From: Felis catus
Lineage: Eukaryota
Length of the DNA stretch: 64,000 nt
NCBI RefSeq assembly: GCF_018350175.1
Contig: NC_058368.1
Coordinates: forward strand, 16,928,001-16,992,000
Direction of reading: 5' to 3'
Below the pieces are notes generated by a model, which had not been told where the DNA came from, did no database searches, and was given only the letters and a program-made list of their open reading frames with translations. The position numbers and the translations under genes were made by a program. The first letter of the stretch is position 1; each line of letters begins with the position of its first letter. Positions 1 through 13,590 of the stretch are shown here, in pieces.

Positions 1-940
1 AAATCTTAGATTTTGAAATTTGGAATTTCTCTTCTGAAAAGAAAACCAGCATTCTAACTTCAGTTGTAGAAGTTGATTAGTAGACAGTTGACACAATAAT
101 TAAATTTTTTATACAATTATAATTTTGTTTTCAAATAAAAACAGAAAAGATTAGTATACAAGAAAAGAAGCAGAGAAATAAATGATGGAGAAGAAAATAA
201 ATCCCTCCATTCCCTTTCTCCTCTTCTTTGTTAACAAAAATACTGATCCTCACATTGACCCTGTAAGCTATGTTATTATTATCTATTTAACAATGAAAAG
301 ATGAAACGCAAAGATATTAAGACACAAGAGGGTAAACAGCTAATGTCCTAATTATCAGAGCCAAGATTTAAATGTGTGACCAAGTGGTTCTAAATCCCAT
401 GTTTCTTTCCGACTAAAACACACCGGTTCCCAGAAACCTGTTCCCTACAAAAGAAATTTTCCTTATTTCACTCAAGCTTTATAACATCAATTCTCTATGA
501 GACTTGAATTTATGGTAATGAATTCCCTCATATGCCTACATTTCCATTCTTTCTTATTTCATTCAGCCCATAAGCAAAGTAATTTACAGTAAAGGCAAGA
601 GTAACATTTACCCTTATGTTGTTTGAGGACAAAGTCATTTCTCTCAGGAAATATATAATATAGTACAGATATTAAATATGCTAAATGAATTCTTACTTGT
701 GTTTAAGCACAAATGTAAGGTAAATTTTAAAGGGAAACAAGTGTCTTGACTATGTCAAGCACTTTTGTAACCCACCTCCCTCCAGAAAGGGAAGGTATTC
801 CAACTCCACACGCATGGGGCCCCTTCTGTGCTCATCATAAGATAATTGTTCTGCCTCCCATGCAGCGTGTCTTAGAATCATGATAACATAATCAACAATA
901 TAAAATACTGGAAATTCAGACTACTGCCACAAAATTCAAT

Positions 941-1151
941 TTTTTTTTAATTTTTATTTTTGAGAGAGAGGGAGAGAGGGAGAGAGCGAGCAGGGGAGGC
1001 ACAGAGAGAGAGGGAGACACAGCATCTGAAGCAGGATCCAGGCTCGGAGCTGTCAGCACAGAGTCTAATGCAGGGCTCGACCTCACAAACCTGGAGATCA
1101 TGACCTGAGCCCAAGTTGGACGCTTAACCACCTGAGTCACCCAGGCACCCC
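941..1151 (-). mobile_element. Can-SINE (tRNA-derived)
   Basis: Poly-T, (GA)n, SINE body, head ...ccaggcacccc; TSD cacaaaattcaat at 928-940 and 1153-1165. Confidence 0.95.
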
Positions 1152-1244
1152 ACACAAAATTCAATCATTAATTGACTCCAGCTTCTGTCTAAAAACCACA
1201 TGAGGCAATACGTGCGAACATGGAACAATGCCTTTCTCCGGGGC

Positions 1245-1425
1245 ACCATATTAAAAGAGTAGGTGACCCGTATCAGATCCTTATGGAGTGCTTTTTAAAT
1301 AAAAAAGCAGGTTGTCTATCTCCTCCTAATTTCACTGAATCCTAGTCTGAAAATTAGGTTTGAGAGTATGTTCCTGAACAAGACATCCAGGTGATGCTGA
1401 TACCTGTTCATCCACTTGAAGTTTT
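1245..1425. mobile_element. MER5A-like hAT-Charlie relic
   Basis: 'ttcactgaatcctagtctg...gagtatgttcctgaacaagacatccaggtgatgctgat' resembles the MER5 body. Confidence 0.5.
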
Positions 1426-1944
1426 CCAGCATTTTCTTTTTACACATGTTGGCAGTTACAGAAAGCAATACATACAGATTACATCAGTTCTATAGAAATA
1501 GTATCGACTGAATAAAAATTTATCATGCAGCTTTACTTTGCAAACTCTATGGATTTAAGAAATGTCTCCTAAATGTGTATTTCGAAAATAGGTACAAAGT
1601 GGTAATTCAACTTGCCATCCATTATGTTACTCAATTATCTTTTGATGAGCAACCTTTTCCCTAGTTTCATTTCTAGGAAAGCAGTTTGTCTCTCTTAATA
1701 AAAGAAAATGCTTACGGTGAGGGGTCAACAGGAACTAAGTAACTCATTATCTAGATTATATAGTCAACTCTAATATACGAATCATCAAAATATGGGTCGA
1801 TTACTACTCCAGGTATTGGAGATATAAACAATGTAAGACAAGGCCTCCATTAATGATATATCATAAACATATACAATCTACAAAAGAATTTGAGTTTCTT
1901 TTTCTTGCTTTGATTATGAAAAAGGCCATAAGTAAATTGCAGCC

Positions 1945-2600
1945 TTCCAGTTTCTGCTCTGACATGTGAAGAACTTAAAAACCTTCACTCCCATCTTTGC
2001 AATAAAAAATAAATAAATAAATAAAGCTAAACTAACTGAAAGTCACCTAGTTTTTTGGACCCATCTGAGAACTCAGGTTGCAAGACAAATTGCCCCCCCA
2101 AGAAAGTTCTAGAGGGATAGACATCCCAAGAGTCTATCAAGAGTCATACATGAGATCTACTAATTCAAAAGCTGCTGGAGCCACACAATGATGGATACAC
2201 TTAACTGGTAATTTTGATGAACTGCTGGAAACTAGGTATAGACTAGCTTGACAGCAAGAAACTTTTGGAGGACACAGTCCTAAGGATCCCCTACATTTGT
2301 ATGGGGTTTATGTTTAGAAATCTCACCAGATTTTCATGGCGAAGATCTACCCTCCAGAGGTCTCTGCCTATCTCTGAGGGAGAAGAAGGAAACCATTGTG
2401 AGATATACTCCTAGAAGCTTCTCCATAACAAACATCTACTCTTCAGGGGAAAACACTTTGCCAGAGCCTTATTCTTGTTGACAGAAGAGAATTCTTGACA
2501 CTTCAGCTCCCTCTAGCCTTTCTGTCTCACCCAAGTGAATGGGATGATGATAAGGTCAACAAAATTCAGGGTTCAAACAGATTAGGAGCATTAGAGCCAG
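1945..2600 (+). mobile_element. Old L1 (L1M) 5'-region relic
   Basis: Resembles L1M 5' UTR sequence ('cttccagtttctgctctgacatg...'); recognition by eye only. Confidence 0.35.
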
Positions 2601-2639
2601 GGAAAGAAGTAGGGACCGGAGACGCAGGCCCCCTAAAAG

Positions 2640-3090
2640 ACTGGAATTTTCTTCAAGAGCTTTGCCTCTGCATTCACAACTTAGCTACCTGTCTGGAACA
2701 AGAGGCCTAGCTTTTGGCCTATCTTAGCTTTTGACGTGCCTTCCTCACTAAGCTCAATCATGTCTAGCTTTTGAGTTAAAGTGAGAAATACGTGACTCTT
2801 CCTTTCACACGAGCACTTTGAGGTCATTGTAGGGTTATTCATCGGCCTAATGTCAATACTGTCGTGTCTCAGGGAATAGAGAGGCCTGAGGAGAGGGAAA
2901 GAGATAAGGGAATGACTGGTTGGTGGAGCAGTCAGAACACATAGATTGATTGAGCAGGTTCACGGTCTTATGTAGGGGTGGTTTGTGGTGCCCCAAACAA
3001 TTACTACAGTAACGTCAAAGATCAATGGTCACAGATCACCTTAAAAATATAATAATGAAGAAGTTTGAAATATTGCAGTCAGGAATGTGA
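2640..3090 (-). mobile_element. Tigger1-like DNA transposon fragment (transposase N-terminus)
   Basis: The minus strand reads MTSKCSCERKSHVFLTLTQKLDMIELSEEGTSKAKIGQKLGLL..., typical of the Tigger1 CENP-B-like HTH start. Confidence 0.85.
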
Positions 3091-3407
3091 CTTTTTTCAT
3101 TCTCTGAGATTTGAAAGTTGCAAAGGCGCTGTAAATTGTGACATGTCAAGGGTCACCCTGCCACAGCATAAAGAAAGATTTCTTGAGAGGGACCACATTT
3201 TAACCCTGATGGACCCTTCACGTCTGCAAGCATATTTTTTAAGAAAGGTGCATAGAGCTTCTGTCACCTATAAAGTGAATATAGTTTCTAAGGTGAATAG
3301 AGCTTCTATCCTGTGTGACTGAGAAGTCACAAATAACATAGATCATTGTTGCACTTCAAGAGAAAGGTTCCAACAGAAAAGCTAGAACAAAATTCATACA
3401 CTTTTTC

Positions 3408-3634
3408 TTTTTTTTTTAATTTTTTTTGCAACGTTTATTTATTTTTGGGACAGAGAGAGACAGAGCATGAACGGGGGAGGGGCAGAGAGAGAGGGAGACA
3501 CAGAATCGGAAACAGGCTCCAGGCTCCGAGCCATCAGCCCAGAGCCTGAACTCACGGGGCTCGAACTCACGGACCGCGAGATCGTGACCTGGCTGAAGTC
3601 GGACGCTTAACCGACTGCGCCACCCAGGCGCCCC
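3408..3634 (-). mobile_element. Young cat-type Can-SINE
   Basis: CpG-intact body with 'gccatcagcccagagcc' and 'cctggctgaagtcgg'; TSD catacactttttc. Confidence 0.95.
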
Positions 3635-4246
3635 ACATACACTTTTTCAAGAATGAATGAGGGTAGAAGGAATGAAAGCAAGAAGTATCTGGCACCACGT
3701 TAAAGACTGTGTAGAGTAAGTGGGAGAGGAGAAGGAGAAAACAGCATGCTCTGGGAAAACTTTAAGGATAATTGTTTTTTCTTAAGAAAAAAGAAATTTT
3801 AAGAACAAAAGGGCTCTGAGAACATTTACGGGCTGATATCAGAGACTGGAAAAAAGTGAGATTGAAGGTGTACACACACAAAAAAGGCAGACGGAGCACT
3901 TAATGTTCATATTGTCTCAAAAGGCTTTTTTGGAGGCAGCAACTTCTGATAGAAAATGCCAGAATGCTGTTTGGAGTGACAGTCATTTTTCTCAATCTGA
4001 CTGATGGAAATAATTTCACAAGTAAATGTGAGCAGAAAAGAAGGAGGCAATCCAGGAAGAAGGGACAAAGAAAATCTTTGTAATGTCAGACTAGGATAAC
4101 CAGTCCATCATTTAAAAAGCAGTGTGTATATTTTGAATCTCTAACTAATAGTAATTTTTAAGCCCAAGAATATTATCTAATACGTCATGGTTTTCATTCT
4201 AGAAAAATGTTGCAAACACGTGTTCAATATATAATTTTCACATAAT

Positions 4247-4464
4247 GTTTTTAAATTTTTTTTAATGTTTACTCATTTTTGAGAGAGAGAGAGTGAGACA
4301 GAGCATGAGCGGGAGAGGGCCAGAGAGAGGGAGACACAGATTGGAAGCAGGCTCCAGGCTCTGAGCTGTCAGCACAGAGCCCGACGTGGGTTCAAACCAC
4401 AAACCATGAGAATGTGACCTGAGCCGAGGTTGACGCCTAACCGACTGAGCCACCCAGGAACCCC
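4247..4464 (-). mobile_element. Can-SINE
   Basis: SINE body; TSD taattttcacat. Confidence 0.93.
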
Positions 4465-4986
4465 TAATTTTCACATGATTTTTAGAGTTCTGATTTGTTA
4501 GGGATCTGAAAGAGTAGAACTGTAAATATTTTCAATCAGTATATACGCTCTATCAAATACAATTCTATTAACAAATCAAAAGTTAGTAGAATGTCTACAT
4601 TTGACGTAATGATGAAAAGACCAAAGCTTCTGAACATAAGCTTCTCTATCAAAACTTTTTTGTTCTCTCCACCCTTCCCTTTTATAAAACTTTCATTAGC
4701 TCTTATTCTGGATGTATAGGAAGTGAGGTAGTGAGATTGCTCAAGTGCTTTTTTTGACAAGAACCTAAAATAAAGAGATTCTTGTTTTTGTTTCTATTTG
4801 TGTTTGAGCATAGAGGAGGTAGGGGTGGGTGTTTTAATAATACCAGCACAGAAACTGAACATAGCAGGTTTTCAAAGAGGGTGTATTGTATCAATGAAAG
4901 AATAAAGTGATTGAATATGAAAGATTAAGTCACACAATCATTTCCCTCCTTCTTTTTGTCCTGTTTTCTAAAAATTTTAACTTCTG

Positions 4987-5043
4987 GGTTTTTTTTGTTT
5001 TTGTTTTTGTTTTTGTTTTTGTTTTTGTTTTTGTTTTTGTTTT
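4987..5043. repeat. (GTTTTT)n simple repeat
   Basis: Direct reading. Confidence 0.9.
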
Positions 5044-5699
5044 GCATAAACCCTGCACAGTTTTTACAATGGGTACTCATGAAAACTGTACATTTTCCAT
5101 CAGGTAATATAAATCTCTAAAGGATAACTGTCCCTGTTTAAAAATTCAAATTGGCTGGCTATGATAATGTCTACCCTTATACTATGTAATATATTTGTAT
5201 TTATTTAATATCTGCCATATCCATCCTTTATTACCGACATCCTGTATTTATCCCCAGGTTCCCAAACTTCCATTTTAGATGAGAGAAGTCTAAATATATA
5301 TTTACTATGGGACTATACCAGTTAGAACACTTAAAATGCTAACTCCCAGCCCACTTGAACAAGGCAGGTGCTGGAATGGAAGGTGAGCTGGGTCCAGTGG
5401 CAGCAGGGTCCCCAAATTTGCTCTGTTATAGATCCTCTCGCTGGCTAGTCTCTTATCAATCTAGAATTATTCTTTTTAGAAAGCTCACAGATTACGGTTC
5501 AGATATTCAAAGGCAGTGAGTGCAAGACATATTTTTAGACAGGTTATCATATCTCAAATTTCAAATATATCTTTATTATTAAAAAACACATAATTTCCTA
5601 ATTAAAAAAAATTCATTTACTCTAGACTACAGGAAGAGGTATTTGGATTATATTGAACAAATAAGAATTTATTTACATGCCTTTGAAAATTAGGATTTT

Positions 5700-5912
5700 C
5701 TTTTGTTTTAAATTTTTTTAATTTTTGACAGAAAGAGAGACAAAGTACAAGCGGGGGAGGGGCAGAGAGGGAGGGAGACACAGAATCTGAAGCAGGCTCC
5801 AGGCTCTGAGCTGTCAGTGCAGAGCCCAATGTGGGCTTGAACCCATGGGCCATGAGATCATGACCTGAACTGATGTCAGATGCTTAACCGACTGAGCCAC
5901 CCAGATGCCCCC
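5700..5912 (-). mobile_element. Can-SINE
   Basis: SINE body; degenerate TSD aaaa(t/c)t(a/g)ggattttc. Confidence 0.93.
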
Positions 5913-6586
5913 AAAACTGGGATTTTCATCACATGTAACCATGTAAACACTAAACAAAAATGAATTGAATGTCCAATACAACATGCATGTGGCCTTGTCA
6001 AAACTACCTCAATGTTTAAAGTGCATATTAACTTCTCAACTTGTTTTATGGGTGCAAGAATAACCCTGACACCAAAACCTCACAAGTACTTTATAAGAAA
6101 AGAAATATCTAACCAATTTACTTTATGAACAAGAACTCAAATATCATCAACAAAATGTTAGAAAATTGAATTGCTCAAAATGTAAGCCCCATGACCAAGT
6201 AGAGGTTTTCCTGGGAATGAGAGACTGATTCAACATTAGAAAATTAGCATAATTCACCACGTCAATAAAATAAAAGAAAAACCATATGATTGTCTCAATG
6301 GAGGCAGAAAAGGCAATATTCATTCAGGGAAAAAAAAATCTCCACAAACTAGAAAGAGAAGGAAACTTCAGCAATATAATTATTTTTAAATAGGAAGAGA
6401 AGGGAATGATCTCAATCTAATGAAATGTATTTGCAAAATTTGTATAACTGTTATCAAAATCAATGGTGAAATATTGAATGTTTTTCCCCTAAAATTGGGA
6501 ACATGGTGAGAATGTTCAGCATCAGCACTTTTATTTACCATGTTATGGGATGCTCTGGCAAGTACAATTTAAAAATTTGTTAAAAG

Positions 6587-6695
6587 GGGGCACCTGGGTG
6601 ACCCAGTGGGTTGAGCGACCGATTTCCTCTTTCTCTGCCCCTCCCCTCTCGTGCTCTGTGTCAAAAATGAAGAAATGTTAAAAAAAAAAATTAGA
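6587..6695 (+). mobile_element. Internally deleted Can-SINE
   Basis: Head ggggcacctgggtg...gagcgaccga joined directly to the tail 'tctctgcccctcccc...gtcaaaaatg' plus poly-A. Confidence 0.75.
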
Positions 6696-8099
6696 AAAAA
6701 AGAAAAACACAAGAAAAAAGAAAAAATGAATGAAAGAAAGAAAAAAAGGCATACAAATCATAAAGGAAGAAGTAAAACTAGGTTTATTTATAAAGAACAT
6801 GGTGTTTATAAAAACTCCCAAGGAATTTACAAAAATACATCATACAAGATCTGATAAGTAAATTTAGCTGAATCACAGTGTATGGGATCAATATTCAAAG
6901 ACCAGCTGAATATTTATTTGCTGACAACAAACAACTGGACTTAAAATTTAAATAATAAAATAAATATTTCAAAATAATATCTGAGAATAAATGTAACAAA
7001 AATGTAAAGATCTCTATACAGAAAACTTAAAAATATTTTTGGGAGAAACTTTAAAATGCCTAAACAGGTGGAGAGGGATACTGTGTTCATGGATTGGAAG
7101 ATTCAATATTAATAAGGTGCCATTCCTCCCCACATTCCTGTTAAGACTATACAACCCCAGTTAAGATTCCAGTGAGATATTTGTTGAAATTTCCAAGCTA
7201 ATGTAAAAATTTACACCGACATCCACAACATCTGAACTAGCCAACACAATCTTGAAAAATAATTTAAAAAGCTGGAGTACTTACACCATCTGATTTTGGA
7301 ATTAGTCTAAAGCTCCAGTAATAAAGGCAGTGTGGCACTTGACAAAGTGATAGACACAGAGCACAAAAGCACAGGACAGAGAGTCCATAAGTAGACCTAC
7401 ACATACACATTCAATTGGTCTTCAACCATGTCGCCAAGGTAATAGAATGGGGAAGAGAGTGGTTATTGTTTCCCCCTTAATTTGTTTTGTTTTCAGCAGG
7501 TGTTCTAGAACACTTTGATACCTCTATGAAAAAGCATTAACCTCAACCTTAGCTTTAAACCACCCACAAAAATTGTTTTGAGCCTAAATGCAAAAGCTAA
7601 AGCTATTAGGCTCCTAAGAGGAAATACAGGAGAACATGTTCATGACTTTGGATTTGGCAAAGGTTTCTTAAACCAGCTAAAAAACCATAAGAAAAAAAAT
7701 TGGACCGTAATAACACAATAAGGAAATAGGCAAAAGACTTGAATAGCCATTTCACTAAAGTGGATATGCAATTGGACAACAAGCACATGAAATACTCACG
7801 AGATATCTTGGAAATGCAAATTAAAACCACCATAAGTCACCACTCTACAACTATTACAATGGATAATTTTTTGTAATGACGATGTCAAGTGTTCACAAGG
7901 GGAAGAAATAATTTGCAGTTCATACTTGCTGATGGGATTCTAAAATGGCAATACCACTTTGGAAGTCTCTTAAGCAGTTTCCTTTAAGTTCCCTATATCT
8001 ACCCAGCAATTCTACCACTAGAAATTTACTCAAGATCTGTAAAATACATGTGACCAAGGTGATGCATGCAAAAATGTTCATAGAAGCCTTGTTTGATTG

Positions 8100-8332
8100 G
8101 TTTTTTAAACTTTAAGTTTTATTTATTTATATTTATTTCTTTTTTATTTATTTATTTTTGAGAAAGACAGAGAGTGTACAGACAGGGGAGGGGCAGAGAG
8201 AGAGGAAAGGAGAGAATCTTAAATAGGCTTCACACCCAGACTGACCTGGGGATCAATCTCACAATCTGGAGATCGTGACCTGAGCTGAAATCAAGGGTCA
8301 GGCGCTTAACTGACTGAGCCGCCCGGGCACCC
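8100..8332 (-). mobile_element. Can-SINE nested in L1
   Basis: SINE body; TSD agaagcctt(g/a)tttg. Confidence 0.9.
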
Positions 8333-10019
8333 AGAAGCCTTATTTGTAATGGCCAAAAAACTAGAAGCAACCCAATTGTTCATAAACAACAGTGAAAATA
8401 GGTAGACAAATCATGTATATCCGTGCAATGGAATACTACCCAGCAATATGCTGATAGCAAGTATTAATCATTATACCGAACAAAAGAAGACAGGAACAAA
8501 AGAGAGCATACTATATAATTCCAATTTACAATAGCAAAGGCTAAGCTATTCAATATCTTCATGAGGTTCTGGTTTCGCAAATGTGTATATTTATCAAAAC
8601 TAACTGAACTGTATACTTAAAATCTATGCGGTTTATATGCAAATTATGCATCAATAAATAAAATTAATTTTATCCCGTGTATGTTTAAGTGCACTGCGTT
8701 GTTACATAATGTACTCAGGAAGCACATGCAATGTAATAGAATACATCTTGAAAAAGCTTTTGTATCTCTGTGTCTTTATAGTTGATTCCTTTTGTAATCC
8801 CATAAATTTTATTTTACATGCTTAAAAACATTACTCTTAGATAGGTTTCCCATGAGTGCTAGTGGGTTTAGAAAAACACTACACTAGAGACAAGACTTTG
8901 CAGCTAGTTGTCTAGTTCCGGAAGCTGTCATCTTAGTCACAGCAGTGAGAAAAAGGAATTCATGAACTTCATATTCTCTAATTTGGTCGCAGATAGACAT
9001 TAAACTGAAGCCAGAAGCTATAAGCCATGATTCCCTATTTTCTAAGAAGTATTAAAAGGGTTTTTTTTTTTTTCAGAAAATAATCACTAACTTAGCCATT
9101 ATGCCTTGTTAGCAATTAGGAAAAAGATTAGTGAATAATTACGTATTAGTTAGCATACATTTAAATCTACTTCTATTTTGTCTTTTGTCTTCTACAATGA
9201 TGTCCTGCCAGTTGAAAAATGATCAACTCTGTTTTCTTTCTTCTTTAATCTGAATCGATCAGAAACACCTCAATTAAATTGCTAAAAAAGGAAGATGACA
9301 AATCATGGAAGCCATCTAAGAAACTTAGTTTTATACTTTCTTATAATGTCTTGAAGAATAAAAAAAGCAATGAGAACAACATCGACGTTATCATGTATAA
9401 TATGAGAGAAAATAATCATGCATGTGCTTTATGAACTGTGATTATTTACTTTTTCATACTTTACTATTGCAAAAAGTTTGCTCATATTTAGACATTAAAA
9501 AGTTACATGCCAGGTACCTAAAAACAGTCTCTTTGGTGAAAGCATTTTAGTAAGTGTCATCTTATCACACTGTTGTCACTTTGCACTGGGTGAAAAGAAT
9601 TCACACGGAAGGAGAAGCTGGTCAGTTGAAATACTAAAGAAACATGTACGTAAATTGATTTTTGCGGTAACTTTACTTCACAGATGATGACCAGTTGCCA
9701 AAGCTATTTATTTCATTTTTACTTTCCTTTTAATCAAGGCGCTAAAGACTGAGACTTGCAGAATTATTTTTTAATTTTCCCTTAACAAAGTAATATGTCT
9801 GGCTATATATACTATACATCTAAAAATATATATTTTGAGTCCATATGTCGATGTCTGCCCACCACCAAAGCCAAAGTATTTCCTGTAACATAGTTTGTAA
9901 TGAGGATTCCAAGAACTGCTACTTGAAACTTGTCGCCAAAAATATTTGTTACAGGAAATCATATTTGCTAGAATGTTTGTTGCAGAAAACTGTAGTTTGT
10001 TCACCCAAAGTTAAATAAC

Positions 10020-10228
10020 ATTTTTTTTGATGTTTATTCATTTATTTCTGAGAGAGAGCACAAGCAGGGGCAGGGAGAGAGAGAGAGAGAAGGAGACACA
10101 GAATCTGAAGAAGGTCCAGGCTCTGAGCTGTCAGCACAGAGCCCGAGGCGAGGCTCGAACGCACAAGCTGCAAGACCATGGTCTGAGTCAAGTCAGATGC
10201 TCAACCAACTGAGCCACCTAGGCGCCCT
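10020..10228 (-). mobile_element. Can-SINE
   Basis: Poly-T, (GA)n, body, head aggcgccc. Confidence 0.93.
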
Positions 10229-10603
10229 GCATGGTTTTTTTGTTTGTTCGTTTTTTTTACTAAAAGTTGATTTTACCCCTAAATCTTGAAATAATTGATT
10301 TATTATGATCTTGCTGCAATTAGCCCAAGCATGAGTGAAACCATGGTAGATTTTCTTAAAATTAAGAACATAATTAAAAGCCTACTCACTTGTAGAATTT
10401 ACGTGTAAAAAAAAAAAAAAGGATTGAAAATCATTTTCAAAACTCATTTTGCCTATGACAGTGGTGTCCCATGTCTTACAATGGCCTAAAGAGGTCATTG
10501 CAAGGAGTGTAACATCTTTGATGGCTGTAACAATTCTTCAAGGTGTAACTACCAGTACCTAGTTAATAGCTGGCAAATAGCAGGGAATTTAAAAAGTATT
10601 TAA

Positions 10604-10830
10604 GGGGTGCCTGGGTGGCTCAGTCGGTTAAGCGTCCGACTTCGGCTCAGGTCACGATCTCACGGTCCATGAGTTCGAGCCCCGCGTCGGGCTCTATGCT
10701 GACAGCTCAGAGCCTGGAGCCTATTTCCGAGTCTGTGTCTCCCTTTCTCTCTGACCCTCCCCTGTTCATGCTCTGTCTCTCTCTGTCTCAAAAATAAATA
10801 AACGTTAAAAAAAAAAAGAATGAAAAAAAA
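10604..10830 (+). mobile_element. Can-SINE
   Basis: ggggtgcctgggtggctcagtcgg...aaaataaataaacgttaaaa; TSD aaaaagta(t/g)ttaa. Confidence 0.95.
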
Positions 10831-13023
10831 TAAAAAGTAGTTAAAAGGTAAATATGACACGTCTTAATAACAGCTTTCTAAACGCTGTGAACAAGTCATG
10901 AAGTGTAAGTCTCATTCCTCTGAAAATTGTGATTCATTTTAAGACTCCAAAATGGAGAGAAACTTAAAATTTTGAGAAAAGAACATTTGGAATTGCAATA
11001 TACATCCATATTGGATTTTATCAGGGCAGATGAACTATTAAGAAACAAAATTTTATGATGTTCAGGAAAGATAAAAATTCAGGAAATGCAAGTAAGAAAG
11101 TGTTAGAAGGCAAAGTAACTAATATCTTTGTAGCCAGAGAATTTTAATAATTTTGGCTTGTGTTCCTAATCTCAGACTGCTAGACCATACTTCCATAGCT
11201 CCCAGAATATAAAACCAATTAAGATTCATTCTGTGTCATTTATATTCAGTCCAAACTATACTATTTAGCCAAATGTTTAAATCTGTTTACTTCGCTACAA
11301 AGAAAAAAAAAAAAATCCTTCGAAAAATCTTTGAATCTATCATCCATTAGCTGCCAAGCAGCTGGTCAAGAAATTCTCAACAGTCCAAAAACTTTCAATT
11401 TTAGAAGCTATTCTAAGTCAAGAGCCCTGCTTGGAAATTCAACATATCTGGAAAGTATCCCAACAATGGAACAGATGAACTATTTCTTTTTTCCTCCCGC
11501 TTAGCTACAGGCAAAATCTAAAATTATAAAAATGATCACCACCCAATCCTTAACACATTATGATGCTGGAAATCACAATAAAACAAAACAACAACTGCAT
11601 TCCTTCCAAATTTTCAGATTTCTCATTCTCTAACATTTGTGTAAATTCCTCCCAAATAGAATCTTAAACAACATTCATGAGGTAAATAGCCTTACATTAG
11701 GGCTTTATAGTCTCTCATATACATTTAGCAATTCCTTTAGAATTCTTTTAGAATTCTTTTCAGCAGGTTGCTACATAGTAATCTCAAGTTTTCCCATTTT
11801 ATTTTCAGTGGGGGCTTATCTTAATCTCTGCATGATTATTGATATGTTTAGGACATTTACATTCAATAGTTTGGCTTCGAGCCACCACCTTATTATTTGT
11901 TTTCCGTTTATCACATCTGTTCTTTGTTTACTGAATTTTTACAATTGCATTTAATCTCCACGATTGGCTCATTAGCTATAATTCTTTATTTTTTGTTTTA
12001 GTGGCTGCTGTAGCGTTTACAACATACTTCTTTTATTTATCACAGTCTACCTTCAAGTAATATCCCTTTCACTTATACTGAAAGAGCCTTATGCTTCCGT
12101 TCCCTACCCGCCGCTCATTGTCCTAAAGGACTTTGTTTCTGAATATGCTGCAAACACCACAACAAGTTTTTATTGTTTTTCCTTTGAACGAATAGCTTTT
12201 AAGAATATCTAAACGTTAGACAAACTGTCATGTATTGACCCACCTGCCCATCATTTCTGGCATTTTTCATTGCTTTGTATAGATCCAAACTTCATTCTGG
12301 TAGCTGGTATTATTTAACTTCTGCTGTGAGAACTTCCTTTAGTATTTCTTGGAATGCAGGACTATTGGGCATGAAATCTCGCAGCTTCTGTTTATCTGAA
12401 AAAAACCTCCATTGCACTTTCATTTTTGAAAGAATTTTCTGGGTACAGTATTTTAATGGACAGGGTTTGTTTTTTGTTTTTTGTTTTTTTCCCAGTACAT
12501 TCAAGATGCCACTCTATCATGTTCAGGCTCTCAAACTTTGTGACGAAAAGTGGACCGGTTTTCCTATCCGTGTTGCTATGCATATGATGTGCCCTTTTTT
12601 CCCCTCTGACTGCTTTTAACATTGTTTTTCTTTATTTGTGGTTTGCAGCTCTTTGATTTTTCTGTACCTTGCTTTTTGTTTCTTTCTTCCTTATTTCTTC
12701 TACTCAGGTTTTTGAACTTGTTGGATTCCTGGACTTAAAATTTTTATTATGTTTAGGACAGTTCTCAGCCATTATTTCTTCAAATAAATTTCTGTACCCA
12801 TCACCTTCTGGATAGCACCCTCTTTCTTATATATATTTTATATTTTCCCATAGGTCACAGATGTTTTATTCATTTTTTATGTGCTTTATTTTGGATAGTT
12901 TTTATTGCTACATTTTCTGCAGTGTCTAATCAGTCAACCACAACCAGTAAGATTTTTATTTTAGATATTGTCATTTTCATCCAGATGTTTCATCTGGAGA
13001 GATAGATAGAAAGACAGACAGAT

Positions 13024-13273
13024 TAAGTACCAGAGACATCTCTACAAGCATGAAACCTACAGACATCACAATGACTCTAAACCCATATCTTTCTATAATA
13101 ACACTGAACGTAAATGGACTAAATGTGCCAACCAAAAAACATACGGTATCAGAATGGATAAAAAAAACAAGACCCATCTATTCGCTGTCTACAAGAGACT
13201 CATTTTAGACCTGAGGACACCTTCAGATTGAAAGCGAGGGGATGGAGAACTATTTATCATGCTACTGGAAGTC
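13024..13273 (+). mobile_element. Young carnivore L1 internal fragment (inter-ORF spacer plus ORF2 endonuclease N-terminus)
   Basis: ATG at 13071 reads MTLNPYLSIITLNVNGLNVPTKKHTVSEWIKK, then (+1 frameshift in the A run) QDPSIRCLQETHFRPEDTFRLKARGWRTIYHATGS. Confidence 0.92.
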
Positions 13274-13379
13274 GAAAGACAGACAGATAGTTAGACAGAA
13301 AGATACATATTCCATTTCTCTTCTTGTCACATTCATGTTTTCCTCTATCTTCTTGAATTTATGCAGAAATATAACGAGT

Positions 13380-13590
13380 ATTTTTTTTTGATGTTTATTT
13401 ATTTTTGAGAGAGAGAGAGAGTGAGCATGTGAGGGACAGAGAGAGAGACACACACACACAGAATTTGAAGCAGGCTCAAGGCTCTGAGCTGTCAGCACAG
13501 AGCCCGATGCAGGACTCAAATTTGAGAACGGTGAGATCATGACCTGAGCTGAAGTTGGACACTTAACCAAATGAGCCACCCAGGCGCCCC
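13380..13590 (-). mobile_element. Can-SINE
   Basis: SINE body; degenerate TSD taac(g/a)agtat. Confidence 0.93.

Larger units (their letters stand above)
6000..8660 (+). mobile_element. Old L1 ORF2 3' half plus 3' UTR relic, with nested SINEs
   Basis: Degenerate ORF2 motifs such as 'ctgtgttcatggattggaagattcaatatt' (CSWIGRFNI), 'gaaatgcaaattaaaaccac', 'acccagcaattctaccacta'; A-rich end near 8655. Confidence 0.85.
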
